Assembly (NCBI GenBank): GCA_965200965.1
Contig: OZ241744.1
Location: 1,792,001-1,856,000 of the forward strand
Source of the DNA: an uncultured Candidatus Binatia bacterium
GTDB taxonomy: Bacteria > Desulfobacterota > Binatia > Bin18
Direction of reading: 5' to 3'
DNA length: 64,000 nt
The notes beneath the pieces are model-generated. The model was not told where the DNA came from. It did not search any database and worked only from the letters and a program-made list of their open reading frames with translations. The position numbers and the translations under genes were made by a program. Of the stretch, positions 10,036 to 20,505 are shown in pieces. Each line of letters begins with the position of its first letter. Positions within the stretch are counted from its first letter, which is position 1.

Positions 10036-10941
10036 TCACCCGCCCGCATCGCTCGACACAATCAGCACACTATCTCCGTCCCGCAGCGGAGCGCGCATGT
10101 CGGTGATAAACGCTTGGCCGTTCACATTGCACGCAAAGCCCGGTCCCAGCCGCTGGGCGTCCTGGCTCAGCACCGACCCGCGCAGGGCTGGAAGCCGGTC
10201 TGCCAAGGCGGCCAACACAGCACCGAGGTCAGCCCCGGACGGGAGGTTCAGAGACACCCGACCGGTCCGGGCTTTGAGCCGGGCGACCCCGAATAACTCA
10301 ACCGTACAGGCGATAGGGTAAGCGCTCGGGCGCAGACGCGGCCACAGTTCCAGGGCGGCCTGATAATCCTGGGGGCTGTTCAGATTGCGGAAGCTGTGGC
10401 CGTCGGGATCGAACCCGCGGAGTTCTTCGGAGCTGACCCGCCTGGTCCGAACGGTGTCGTACAGGGCAACAGGTCGCAGCTGGCCGCGTTCGAGCTGGGA
10501 TTGCAGCAGGGGAATGACGCTGCGCCGGTAGACCGCGTGCAAGGGCTGCAAGCGGTCCTGCCATACCGGGACCACCACGTCATAGCCGTCGCTCAGCGCA
10601 ATCAGCCGCGCCACCAGTTCCAGGTTCAGAAACGGCGCGTCGCACGAGCTCACAAAACAGACGGCCCGGCGGGCGGCCTGTAAGCCGTAATAGATCCCCC
10701 CGACCGGTCCCTGATAGGCAAGCGCATCGTGGACAAGCGTTACCGGGAGCTGCGGCAGGTCTTGTCCTGGGGCGGCCACCACCACGATATCGGCAAAGCG
10801 GGTGGCCAAGTGTCGTACTGTATGGACGATCAGCGGCTTGCCGGCAAACGGCAGCAGCGCCTTGGGCCGGCCCATGCGCGAGCTTTTGCCGCCGGCCAGG
10901 ATCAGGGCCGAGGCGTCGGGCAGGGGTATCGGGCCATTCAT
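10036..10941 (-). CDS. MobA-like NTP transferase fused to a C-terminal MoaD/ThiS sulfur carrier
   Basis: N-terminal LILAGGKSSRMGRPKA, CDAPF, QPLHAVY, NLNSPQD; the last ~90 aa is ubiquitin-like (VELFGVAR...NVNG...L.DGD.V.I) and ends in AGG. Confidence 0.85.
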   Translation of the reverse strand: MNGPIPLPDASALILAGGKSSRMGRPKALLPFAGKPLIVHTVRHLATRFADIVVVAAPGQDLPQLPVTLVHDALAYQGPVGGIYYGLQAARRAVCFVSSCDAPFLNLELVARLIALSDGYDVVVPVWQDRLQPLHAVYRRSVIPLLQSQLERGQLRPVALYDTVRTRRVSSEELRGFDPDGHSFRNLNSPQDYQAALELWPRLRPSAYPIACTVELFGVARLKARTGRVSLNLPSGADLGAVLAALADRLPALRGSVLSQDAQRLGPGFACNVNGQAFITDMRAPLRDGDSVLIVSSDAGG

Positions 10942-13247
10942 GTGGTCTGGCCCGAAAGCGGCTCAGCCGGGCGGTTGAGCGACTGGAGTTGAAGCGGAAT
11001 CAGCGTGTTCGCCAGGCTGAGGCCCAGCATATACAGGCCCATCTCGGTCTGGAGGCGCAGCGGCGACAGCAGCCACACCAGGGCCGCCCCGGCGCTGACA
11101 ATGGCCAGGGCTGTCAGGGCAGAGCCGAGCCAGTCCCAGGCCGGGGCGTGGTCGGCCGTGTCTGTGTCGCGCAGGGCCAGACTGGCCGGTAGAATGACCG
11201 TGCCCAGAGCGACCAGGACAACCGGCAGGGTGTGCATATTGAGATCGATATTGGCCACCCACAGCACGATCAGCATCACCGCTTGCGACAGAACAACGGC
11301 CAAGCTGAGCAGGCCAGCCGCGCGCATGCTGCCCAGGCCGATCAGCCCGCCGCAAAACGCCAGACCAAGCAAGGCGCTCAACAGAGACCAGTAGCTGCAC
11401 GCTACCCCGGTGTGGATGGCGGCCACCACCCCAAGCAGGCCGCCGCCAGAGCGAAACTCAACCGGCATACCCGTATTGGGTCCCTCAAAGGACCGGAGGC
11501 GGGCCAGGGCGCGCTTGACCAGCCCCGGAGAATAGTCCCGATAGAAGAGCGTGACCGCGGTGGTGCGGAAGTCGGTTGACAGAAAGCTCCCGACCTCGCT
11601 CGGCGTGGTTGCTCCGGCCACGATCCGAAAGATGATCTGTCCGGTTGAGCTGATATCGTCGGGCAGCATCGCCCATTTGGGAATGTTTTCGTGAAACATA
11701 CGGGTGATGGACTTCACAAAACCGGGGACTGCTACCGCGCCACCAAACTGCCGGTCGGCGGCCATGTGGAGCTGAAACGCTTCAAGGACTTGCAGGGCAC
11801 CAAGATCACGAAACCCGGCCTCACCGGGCGTATGGGCGACCACGATCAACTGATTGACACCAATGAAATGTTGGTTGAGCAGGCCGAAGGCGCGGCTATA
11901 CGGATGCCCGGTCGGAAAAAGCCGACTGCCCAGCATCGACCGCCCGGCTTCGAGTTGAAGGGCGGCCAGCAGGCCGAAAAAGGCAAGCGCAATACATCCC
12001 GTCCGGGTCAGCGCGCGGGTCTGAGCGAGGCTGCGCAAGCGCGGAGTAAAGCGGGCGATCAGCGGCAGCTCTCCGCGGCCGAGCGCGCCGTACCGAAAGC
12101 CGGCAGACCACGCCGGGAGGACCAGCCACACCGACATCAGCAGGCCAAGCAGCCAACCTGTACCCAGCAGACCAAAGGTGCGGACGGCTGGCACGTCCGA
12201 CCACCACGCCACCACCCCAAGAGACAGCCCGTCAATCAGCACCGCCGAGGTACACGGAGGCCACAGCGCCCGGGCGGTCCGGACGACCGCCTGAGGGGGT
12301 GTATTCTGTCGCTCAGAACTCGTCTGCCACTCGCTCGTCACCCGGCTCGTCCAGCCCAGCACCAGGCACAGGCCGCGGCCGGCCAGGGGAAAAAGCATGA
12401 GCCAGGCGAGCGGTTCAAACGAACGTCCAGCCATCCCCAGCAGGCCGAGTCCACCCGCGGCAGCCAGGCCCGAGACGATCAGCAGTCCGCCCACCGTATG
12501 GACCACCCCCGGCAGGATGCCACACACGCCGGCCAGCAGGAGCGCGGCCAGGGCGCTGAGCACCAGCACCAGCAGCACACGCGGGCCGGCCTCCATCAAC
12601 CAGCCGGCCAGGACGATGTTGCCGGCAAAGGCCACCTCGGTGTTGACATCTCGCTCTTGTGCGGCAAAGCGCCGCAGCCGACTAAACACGCGGTAAGGGT
12701 TGACCTCGGCGTCCCAAAAGCCGGCCCGGATGAGTGCGGTTTTATTATCCTCCGACACATACACGCCGCGGATGCCCAGGTTGGTGTACACCGCGTTCTT
12801 GATCCGGGCCAGTTCCTGCGGGCTCTGGGTCTGGCCAGGCGTGCGGACAACGGGCAGGATATTGATCATCCCGTCGCGGATTTTGATATCTGTCAGCCGA
12901 CTGTGGGTGAGGGACAGGACCTCGTGCGGGTTGACCCCTTTGGTTTCGAGCAGTCCGACCGTCAGGCGATGAATCTTCCCCAGCGTCTCGGTATTGTACA
13001 GGTCGCCGTCTTTGACCGAGACCAGCACGACCACGGCATTGGTCATCCGCAACATCTCGGGGAAGTCCTGATACAGACGGATATGGGGGTGCCGGTCGGG
13101 GTAATAGTCCGTTATGCTGGTGAGCAGCCTGAGCTGTTGAGCGGAGGATGCTCCCCACACGAGCACCACTGCGGCTACCGGGATGGCCAGCCACCGCCGG
13201 CGCAGCAAAAACCGACAATATCGCTCTGCCCACCCGTCTCCAGGCAT
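10938..13247 (-). CDS. MMPL/RND-family membrane protein (divergent paralogue of 14486..16981)
   Basis: Two periplasmic domains plus TM blocks; shares GVNP..LSLTH, AVYTN.G, AGFW, IPKWA, GGLLGV with the paralogue. Confidence 0.8.
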   Translation of the reverse strand: MPGDGWAERYCRFLLRRRWLAIPVAAVVLVWGASSAQQLRLLTSITDYYPDRHPHIRLYQDFPEMLRMTNAVVVLVSVKDGDLYNTETLGKIHRLTVGLLETKGVNPHEVLSLTHSRLTDIKIRDGMINILPVVRTPGQTQSPQELARIKNAVYTNLGIRGVYVSEDNKTALIRAGFWDAEVNPYRVFSRLRRFAAQERDVNTEVAFAGNIVLAGWLMEAGPRVLLVLVLSALAALLLAGVCGILPGVVHTVGGLLIVSGLAAAGGLGLLGMAGRSFEPLAWLMLFPLAGRGLCLVLGWTSRVTSEWQTSSERQNTPPQAVVRTARALWPPCTSAVLIDGLSLGVVAWWSDVPAVRTFGLLGTGWLLGLLMSVWLVLPAWSAGFRYGALGRGELPLIARFTPRLRSLAQTRALTRTGCIALAFFGLLAALQLEAGRSMLGSRLFPTGHPYSRAFGLLNQHFIGVNQLIVVAHTPGEAGFRDLGALQVLEAFQLHMAADRQFGGAVAVPGFVKSITRMFHENIPKWAMLPDDISSTGQIIFRIVAGATTPSEVGSFLSTDFRTTAVTLFYRDYSPGLVKRALARLRSFEGPNTGMPVEFRSGGGLLGVVAAIHTGVACSYWSLLSALLGLAFCGGLIGLGSMRAAGLLSLAVVLSQAVMLIVLWVANIDLNMHTLPVVLVALGTVILPASLALRDTDTADHAPAWDWLGSALTALAIVSAGAALVWLLSPLRLQTEMGLYMLGLSLANTLIPLQLQSLNRPAEPLSGQTT

Positions 13248-13469
13248 ACCCCCTCCTGAAAAAGCGCACTGAGTATACCACTCTGATTGTTGAGGGGCGA
13301 GGGATTCCAGTTCACGGGCTGGCCCCCAGCCTGAAATCCATCTGACTTACCAGTGAGAAATTCAGACCGGGCTGTTGACAATGCTTTCTCCCCTGGTCTA
13401 AGAGGGGGCACCTGTAGGGATGACGCCTGCGTTGCCCCTGTACGCCACATCGGGGGAGGAATTCGGTCC

Positions 13470-14447
13470 ATGATGAGGAATGCTTTTGCACTCCGCCACC
13501 TGTTGGGAGCCGTCCTTACGCTGGTACTTGTCGGCGGCTCTTCACGCGCCGCGAGCGCACAGCCGGTCGAGCGCATCCGCGACCATATCTATGCCACCTT
13601 TCTGTTCAACGCCGAAAAAGCCTGGGCGGTCGGCAGTTTTGGCTCCATCTACCACAGCACCGACGGCGGCCGGCGGTGGGAAAAACAGGACAGCGGCTCT
13701 ATTGATCCCTTGTACGGCGTCAGTTTTGTCGCCGAACACGAGGGCTGGATCTCGGGCAAGTCGGGGCTCATCCTCCACACGACCGACGGCGGGAAAAGCT
13801 GGCAGCGCCAGATCACCGGCACAACCCATCACCTGTTCAATCTCACCTTTGTGGACAAGCAGCGTGGCATTGCGGTCGGAGACTACGGTATCGTCCTGCA
13901 AACCGCCGACGGCGGCAAGAGTTGGACTGACCGTTCCCTTGGTGAGGATATTTTCCTCTACGGGGTCACCATGCACCCCTCGGGCAAAGCCTGGGTGGCC
14001 GGCGAGATGGGCGTCATCTTAGTCAGCGAAGACAGCGGGGCGACCTGGACCAAAAAAGAAACCGGTACCGAAAGCTCACTCCTGGGCGTGAGTTTTGTTG
14101 ACGAAAACCGGCTGTGCGCCGTGGGTATGGACGGCACGATTGTACAGAGCAGCGACAGCGGTCAGACCTGGCAGCGGTATGAGAGTCCGATCCAGACCGC
14201 GCTGTACAACCTGGCCCTCAACGGCCAGACCGGCTGGGCGGTTGGCGATGAGGGCGTGATCCTGCACTCGAGCGATGGGGGCAGGAACTGGAAGCTGTTT
14301 GACACGCCCGAAGAATTGGCCCTGTACTGGATGATGGGCCTGTCGCTGAGCCCGTCCGACTCCAAAGGCGTTATTGCCGGCTCGAACGGGTTGGTCCTGC
14401 GGATTGACGGCAATGGCGTTGATTACGGCAGCCGGTTTACACGCTAG
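13470..14447 (+). CDS. YCF48-like / BNR-repeat beta-propeller protein
   Basis: Repeated S/T.DGG..W BNR motifs and W.VG..G.I; signal peptide; start placed at the ATG after GGAGG. Confidence 0.88.
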   Translation: MMRNAFALRHLLGAVLTLVLVGGSSRAASAQPVERIRDHIYATFLFNAEKAWAVGSFGSIYHSTDGGRRWEKQDSGSIDPLYGVSFVAEHEGWISGKSGLILHTTDGGKSWQRQITGTTHHLFNLTFVDKQRGIAVGDYGIVLQTADGGKSWTDRSLGEDIFLYGVTMHPSGKAWVAGEMGVILVSEDSGATWTKKETGTESSLLGVSFVDENRLCAVGMDGTIVQSSDSGQTWQRYESPIQTALYNLALNGQTGWAVGDEGVILHSSDGGRNWKLFDTPEELALYWMMGLSLSPSDSKGVIAGSNGLVLRIDGNGVDYGSRFTR

Positions 14448-14485
14448 AGCTTGTCCGTTCCGTTTTCTGCTCCAAGGAGGGTCTT

Positions 14486-16981
14486 ATGCTCCCGCGCAGA
14501 TGGATGGAAGCCTACATCCACTTTCTCCTCAGATTTCGCTGGTATGTGCTTGTCGGCCTGACGATTGCCACCTTGTTTCTGGGCTTTCATGTGACCAAGA
14601 TGCAGGTCCAGCCCAACTTCTTTGACTTTTATCCGCCGACCCACGAATACATCCAGCTGTACCAGGAGTACCGGCGGATGTTTGGCACGGCCAACATCCT
14701 GAGTGTTGTCATTGAGGCCACGGAGGGCGATATCTTCAATGTCCACTCGATCAATCAAATCGACAAGGCGACCCGCCGTGTGCTGGAAACCGCGGGGGTC
14801 AATCCATATCAGATTCTGTCGTTGACCCATCCCAAGATGCGCAATATTCAGATCAGCGGGCCGGCTATTACCGCCTACCCGATCATGTATCCGGCCCCGC
14901 CGAAAACGTCCGACGACGTCAAACCGATCAAAAAGGCGGTGTATACCAACGAAGGCGTGCATCGCTTCTATGTTGCCGAGGACAACACTTCGGCACTCAT
15001 CACGGCCGGCTTCTGGGAAGAGGGCATTGACTTTGAGAACCTGTTCAGCCGCATGCAGACCCTCAAGACGGAGCTGGAGGCTGACGGCAAGCATCGGGTG
15101 TACGTCACCGGCTTCCCCATGCTGTACGCCTGGGTGTTCAGCTACAAGAACGCCATCCTGTTTGTCATCGGCCTGACCGCGGCCGTCATTCTAGGCATGC
15201 TGTGGTTCTACTTCCGCACCTTTACCGGGGTGTGGGTGCCGCTGTTTTCGGGCCTGTTGAGTTCGGTCTGGGCCTTGGGTTTTGCCGGCTATTTTGGCTT
15301 TAACCTTGACCCGCTGGTCCTGGTCGTGCTGGTCCTGATTACCGCCCGGGCGCTGTCCCACTCGGTCCAGTCAATGGAACGCTATCACGAGGAATACCAC
15401 CGCCTCCGGAACAAACAGGAAGCCATTCTGTCGTCATATTTGAGCCTGTTCAGCCCGGCCCTGGTGTCGATCGCCTCGGACGGACTGGCCATTCTGACCC
15501 TGGCGGTGGCCCATATTCCGCTGATTCAGAAGCTGGCCTATGTGTCGAGTTTCTGGATCTTTACCATCTCCATCAGCGTCGTCACCCTGCACCCGATCAT
15601 CCTGTACTTTATTCCCCCGCCGCCCCACGACCCCAAAGCGGGTCAGCGGTTTTCGGACACGCTGTACAACACGATCAATCGCTTCATGGTCACGATCAGC
15701 TATGGCGGCTATCGCTGGGCGGTGATCGGGTCCTTCTCAGTCGCCCTGCTGGGCGGCATGTTCTACGCCCGCTATCTCAAGATCGGCGATGTGTCGATCG
15801 GCAAAGCCCTGCTGTACGACACCCACGAGTATAACGTGTCCTACGACAAGGTGAACGACCAGTTTGTGGGCGCGTCACGCCTGATCGTGATTGCCGAAGG
15901 CCAGCGCGAGGGCGCGATTAAAGACCCCGAGACACTGCTGACCCTGGAGAAGTTCCAGCGCTATATGCAGGAGCAGGAGATGGTCGGCGGCAGCATCAGC
16001 ATCACCACCTGGGCCCGGCGGCTGTACCAGCTCTTTCAACTCGGCATCCCCAAATGGGCTATCATCCCCAACAACCCGCGCGACGTGGGCAATATCTTCT
16101 ATCAGTTCCTGAACACGGTCGGCTCGGACGATCTCGACCGCTTCATCGACAAAACCTCAACCAACGCCACCGTCACAATTTATTACAAGGACTACAACCA
16201 CGCCACTGTCACCGGCTCGATCGCCATGGCCGAGGAGTTCATCTACAACAATCCGGTCGAAGACCTGAACTTCCGGCTGGCCGGCGGTCTGCTCGGGGTG
16301 CTGGCGGCCATCAACGACGAGGTTGAATGGTCGTACAAGTGGAATCTGATCCTGGTCATGGTCACGGTCTTTACCCTGAGTATGCTGACCTACGCCTCGG
16401 TGGTCGGCGCGCTGATTGTGATGATTCCGTCGATTGTGGCCCAGCCGCTGTCCGAGGGCCTGATGTACGCCATGGGCATTGACGCCAATATCAACTCGCT
16501 GCCGGTTGCCGCGGTCGGCATCGGCATCGGGATTGACTACGGCTATTATGTGCTGTCACGGATTGTCGAGGAGTACCAGAGGTTTGGCGACCACGACCGG
16601 GCCATTGAAGAGGCCCTGATGACCACCGGGCGGGCGATCATGTTTACCGGCACGACGCTGACCGTCAGCGTCATTTTCTGGATCTTTTTCCCCATGAAAT
16701 TCCAGTCGGAAATGGCCGTGCTGCTGACCCTGCTGTTGTTCTTCCATGTGGTCGGGGCGCTGGCCTTTATTCCCGGGACGGTTTCCCTGCTCAAGCCACG
16801 CTTTCCCCTGCCCAACAAGGTCATGCTGGTCATTCTGGCCTGTATTGCCGCTCCATCAGCAGCCCTGGTCTACACCAACTATGCCGACCTGCTGAGCCTG
16901 GGCATTCTGGCCCTGGTTGTGGCCGTAGGTGAGCATATGTGGTCGACCCGTCATAATATCGGTATGGAGTTGCGCGTTTAG
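14486..16981 (+). CDS. MMPL/RND-family transporter
   Basis: 12-TM RND topology; ALSHSVQ..RY.EE in TM4 and GIGIDYG in TM10; AGGAGG RBS. Confidence 0.9.
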   Translation: MLPRRWMEAYIHFLLRFRWYVLVGLTIATLFLGFHVTKMQVQPNFFDFYPPTHEYIQLYQEYRRMFGTANILSVVIEATEGDIFNVHSINQIDKATRRVLETAGVNPYQILSLTHPKMRNIQISGPAITAYPIMYPAPPKTSDDVKPIKKAVYTNEGVHRFYVAEDNTSALITAGFWEEGIDFENLFSRMQTLKTELEADGKHRVYVTGFPMLYAWVFSYKNAILFVIGLTAAVILGMLWFYFRTFTGVWVPLFSGLLSSVWALGFAGYFGFNLDPLVLVVLVLITARALSHSVQSMERYHEEYHRLRNKQEAILSSYLSLFSPALVSIASDGLAILTLAVAHIPLIQKLAYVSSFWIFTISISVVTLHPIILYFIPPPPHDPKAGQRFSDTLYNTINRFMVTISYGGYRWAVIGSFSVALLGGMFYARYLKIGDVSIGKALLYDTHEYNVSYDKVNDQFVGASRLIVIAEGQREGAIKDPETLLTLEKFQRYMQEQEMVGGSISITTWARRLYQLFQLGIPKWAIIPNNPRDVGNIFYQFLNTVGSDDLDRFIDKTSTNATVTIYYKDYNHATVTGSIAMAEEFIYNNPVEDLNFRLAGGLLGVLAAINDEVEWSYKWNLILVMVTVFTLSMLTYASVVGALIVMIPSIVAQPLSEGLMYAMGIDANINSLPVAAVGIGIGIDYGYYVLSRIVEEYQRFGDHDRAIEEALMTTGRAIMFTGTTLTVSVIFWIFFPMKFQSEMAVLLTLLLFFHVVGALAFIPGTVSLLKPRFPLPNKVMLVILACIAAPSAALVYTNYADLLSLGILALVVAVGEHMWSTRHNIGMELRV

Positions 16982-17088
16982 CATCAACTTGACAAGGCAA
17001 TTGCCGGGGGTGTATGAAGCGGCGGCAACGGAGGGAGGGCGCTGGCTGGGCGAGAGGCCAGACATACCACACCAAAGGAGGGTTTCTT

Positions 17089-19317
17089 ATGAGGTACAGG
17101 CAGAGATTCAGGCGGCTGTTGGCCGCAGGGGTTGTCCTTCTTTTATCCGCGCCAAGCGCGTGGGGCTATTACTTTGACGAGCGTCGGGAGATGAGCCTGT
17201 CTGGCCAAGCCTATACCCGAGCGACTATTCAGACTGGCAAAGGCGATGAGATTGGGACCGGCAAGGGCCTGTGGAAGCGGGGCAATGTGGTCCAGCACCG
17301 CAACTACCTGACCCTGGAGTGGCGCCACAATCTGAACCGCCTGTCGCGTGAATTCCCGACCATCGGGACCTTGTTCCAGTATGTGAACCTGGACTCCCTT
17401 GATTACTACCTCAATGTGCGCGAGGAGTTTGAGGGTATCTGGGAGTATGGCGGCGCTTCGGCGCGCCGGCAACTTGACGGCGGCGGCGGGGCCGAGTTCT
17501 GGGATAAGTACTACGGCCGGCGTATGGATGCCGGTGGAAATTATTACATCAACAAATACCCTGGTGAGCTGGCCCGCTTTAAGGAATTCGGCTATGTCAG
17601 CAGCCAGAACTTCCTGGAAAAGCGAGTCCAGCAGTTCCGCCTGTTTGAGTGGTATTTCAACGTCACCAAAGGGCCGCTGTTCTTGCGGATTGGCCGCCAG
17701 AACCTGTCCTGGGGTGAAGCCGATTCCTTCCGTCTGCTTGACCAGATCAACCCGCTCGACAACGGCTTTGGCGGTTTCACCACCGCCCTGGACGAACGAC
17801 GGATCCCGCTGTTCATGGTCCGGGCGCAGTGGAACTTCGGGAGGGTCGGGCCGATTCAGGACCTGACCCTGGAAGGCTTTGTCGCCCCTGACCGTCGGAC
17901 GGCCGCGGTTCCGGCCCTGCACCAGGGCAGCATGTGGAATATCCCGACCAACACCTCGCCGGTCAGCGTCTATCGCATGCCGTGCGGCGGGCCGATCTAC
18001 GGCAAAGCACTCAAAAAAGCCGGGGACTTAGGATTCAACACCAACGGTGCCCAATTCAACTGCTCAACCCGTGCCCAGGGGCCGTCGAGCAGCATAGGCG
18101 ACAGCCGTGGCGGAGCGCGCATCATCGGCACAATCCGCGACTTTACCTTCTCTCTGGCCCACTACTATACCTGGTCGGACAGCGTGATGAGCGACGGGAC
18201 GATCGGCTCGCCAACGCCGGCCCATTTGGCCTGGGACACGCTGCCAGATGCGTTCACCGCTATCACCGGGCTGGAGGCCACCCCAGAGAACAACCCCTGG
18301 GGACCGAATGATCCGTGTTATCGAGGCAGCCCGGGCGGCGTCTTTGCCGGCGTCCCCTGCACCGTTGAGCGTACCCTGCCCGTCCCGATCCACGCCAAAC
18401 GGGTTCAGATCACTGGCGGCAGTCTGTCATTTCCACTGAACGCCCTGACCAGCCTGTTTGTCGATAGCAGCAGCCCCCTGTTCTACCTGTACACCACCAT
18501 CCGGGCTGAGTTCACCTACACCCGCAATAACCTGATGCGTGAGCAGTTCGCCGGCGGCAGCGAATCGCTGGAGAACATGAAGCGGTTCATGACCCGGCCC
18601 CTGCACCACGCCGGCGTCACACGGCATACGCTCTACGACCCGCGCTACCTGGCGGACGGTCTGTCGTCCAGCGAGGGAAACTGTGACGATCACATGGGCG
18701 TAGATGTGGGTGGCCTAACGGGTGTACGCGGTTGCCGGCGCGGTCATTTCTCGAGCCGTGACCAGTGGGCCTTCGTGCTCGGTATAGACCACATTCAGTG
18801 GATTCGGTTCCTGAACAAGAGCAACAGTTTTGTGTTCTCCGGCCAGTACTTCCACCGCCACACCAACAACGTCAAGCGCTACAAAAAAGGTATGCCAGTA
18901 GGGCGGGACAACGATACCCACTCAATCGGCGTGACGAGGCGGTCAGCCGCGCCAACCGGCGGGGAAGAATCGGACCGTGTTGGTGGCACCGGCAACCGGA
19001 CCACGGCCTGTCTGACCGTGGACGGCAGCAATATGCCGCCGTGTGATTTCAAGCGACTGCTCCAGATGCAGTCTACCTCACAGGTGTTCACCCTGGCCGT
19101 CACCACCAGCTATAAGGCAGGGAGTGTCCGGCCCCGGTTTGTCGTTTTCTACGACACGGCGGGTGCCTACCTGCTCCAGCCCGGTCTTGACTGGTGGTTC
19201 TGGGACCCGTTCCGGCTCAGCATCCGGTACAACTTCATTGACGGGAGATACACCGGAATCGGCTTCTTCAAATTCAAGGACAGCGTCTGGTTTGAGCTCC
19301 AGTACCTGCTGTACTGA
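17089..19317 (+). CDS. DUF1302 family outer-membrane protein
   Basis: Signal peptide; LRIGRQNLSWGEAD.FRLLDQINPLD and LDERRIPL motifs; aromatic C-terminus; context with DUF1329/YCF48/MMPL. Confidence 0.78.
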   Translation: MRYRQRFRRLLAAGVVLLLSAPSAWGYYFDERREMSLSGQAYTRATIQTGKGDEIGTGKGLWKRGNVVQHRNYLTLEWRHNLNRLSREFPTIGTLFQYVNLDSLDYYLNVREEFEGIWEYGGASARRQLDGGGGAEFWDKYYGRRMDAGGNYYINKYPGELARFKEFGYVSSQNFLEKRVQQFRLFEWYFNVTKGPLFLRIGRQNLSWGEADSFRLLDQINPLDNGFGGFTTALDERRIPLFMVRAQWNFGRVGPIQDLTLEGFVAPDRRTAAVPALHQGSMWNIPTNTSPVSVYRMPCGGPIYGKALKKAGDLGFNTNGAQFNCSTRAQGPSSSIGDSRGGARIIGTIRDFTFSLAHYYTWSDSVMSDGTIGSPTPAHLAWDTLPDAFTAITGLEATPENNPWGPNDPCYRGSPGGVFAGVPCTVERTLPVPIHAKRVQITGGSLSFPLNALTSLFVDSSSPLFYLYTTIRAEFTYTRNNLMREQFAGGSESLENMKRFMTRPLHHAGVTRHTLYDPRYLADGLSSSEGNCDDHMGVDVGGLTGVRGCRRGHFSSRDQWAFVLGIDHIQWIRFLNKSNSFVFSGQYFHRHTNNVKRYKKGMPVGRDNDTHSIGVTRRSAAPTGGEESDRVGGTGNRTTACLTVDGSNMPPCDFKRLLQMQSTSQVFTLAVTTSYKAGSVRPRFVVFYDTAGAYLLQPGLDWWFWDPFRLSIRYNFIDGRYTGIGFFKFKDSVWFELQYLLY

Positions 19318-19373
19318 ACCGGGCCACTCGCTGGCTTACACGCCCGTGGGCGTCTTCCCACGGGAGCTTCCTG

Positions 19374-19408
19374 ACACGGGCGGCGGATGCGTCGCCCGTG
19401 TTGCTTTT
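19374..19408 (+). terminator. Probable intrinsic terminator after the DUF1302 gene
   Basis: ACACGGGCGGCG-GATG-CGTCGCCCGTGT, a 12-bp stem with one G-U pair, followed by TGCTTTT. Confidence 0.5.
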
Positions 19409-19515
19409 GGGCCGAATGATCCCGGCCCTGATCCAGGGACCCGGAAGCACGCCTGACAGCCTGCGCTCGATCCGACCGCCAGGAATAAGCCCGGCATTTC
19501 AGAGGTTATGCCCCT

Positions 19516-20505
19516 ATGAGTATGATCCGCGTTGAAAACGTGACCAAACGCTTCGGTCCCATCCTGGCCGTTGACAAGGTCTCCTTTCAGGTCTCTCGTG
19601 GCGAAGTGGTCGGTTTCCTCGGTCCGAACGGAGCCGGCAAAAGCACGACCATGCGCATTCTGGCCGGCTTTTTTCCGCCAACCTCGGGGCGGGCCAGCGT
19701 CGGCGATCATGATGTCGTCAGCCACGCCCATCAGGTCAAAGAGATCGTCGGCTATTTCCCCGAACGGGTGTCGGTGTATCCCGACCTGCCGGTTCACAAC
19801 TTTCTCAGGTTTGTGGCTGAGGCAAAAGGGGTCCCCCGGTCTGAACGCAAGAGAGCGGTCGGCACTGTGACGGAAGCCTGCGGCTTACAGGAAGTCAGAA
19901 CCCGCATCATTGGCCACCTGTCCAAGGGCTATCGCCAACGGGTCGGCATTGCCCAGGCCCTGATGCACCGGCCCCAGGTCCTGATCCTTGACGAGCCAAC
20001 TATTGGTCTTGACCCGGCCCAAGTGGTGGAGATTCGCAAATTGATCCGCACCCTGGGCTCAGAGCGGACCGTTATCCTGTCAACCCATATCCTGTCTGAG
20101 GTCAGCTCGGTGTGTGATCGGGTCATTATTATCAACCGGGGCCGTATTCTTGCCTCAGAATCGCTGGAAACCCTGCGCACCCAGCTGCACCGAAACCGCC
20201 AGGTTCGGGTTGCAGTGACCGGTGCCCATGCCCGTGTTCCGGAAGCCCTGAACCGCCTACCCGGCGTGGTCCAGGTGCGTCCGGACCAAGTCGCCCACCC
20301 CGCGGGGGACGGCTCCACGGGCTGGATCGTTGAACACGGGGGCGAGGATGTACGAACCGAGATCAGCCAGGCGGTCCTTGATCAGGGCTGCGGCTTGCTC
20401 GAGCTTCGCTCTCTGGAGCCAACCCTGGAGGATATGTATTTGCAGTTGATCCGCCAGGCCCAGGAAGAATACCAAGCGGGACATACAGGCCGGGGAGAAC
20501 GATGA
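19516..20505 (+). CDS. ABC transporter ATP-binding protein (GldA-like)
   Basis: Walker A GPNGAGKST, signature LSKGYRQR, Walker B LILDEPT. Confidence 0.92.
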   Translation: MSMIRVENVTKRFGPILAVDKVSFQVSRGEVVGFLGPNGAGKSTTMRILAGFFPPTSGRASVGDHDVVSHAHQVKEIVGYFPERVSVYPDLPVHNFLRFVAEAKGVPRSERKRAVGTVTEACGLQEVRTRIIGHLSKGYRQRVGIAQALMHRPQVLILDEPTIGLDPAQVVEIRKLIRTLGSERTVILSTHILSEVSSVCDRVIIINRGRILASESLETLRTQLHRNRQVRVAVTGAHARVPEALNRLPGVVQVRPDQVAHPAGDGSTGWIVEHGGEDVRTEISQAVLDQGCGLLELRSLEPTLEDMYLQLIRQAQEEYQAGHTGRGER

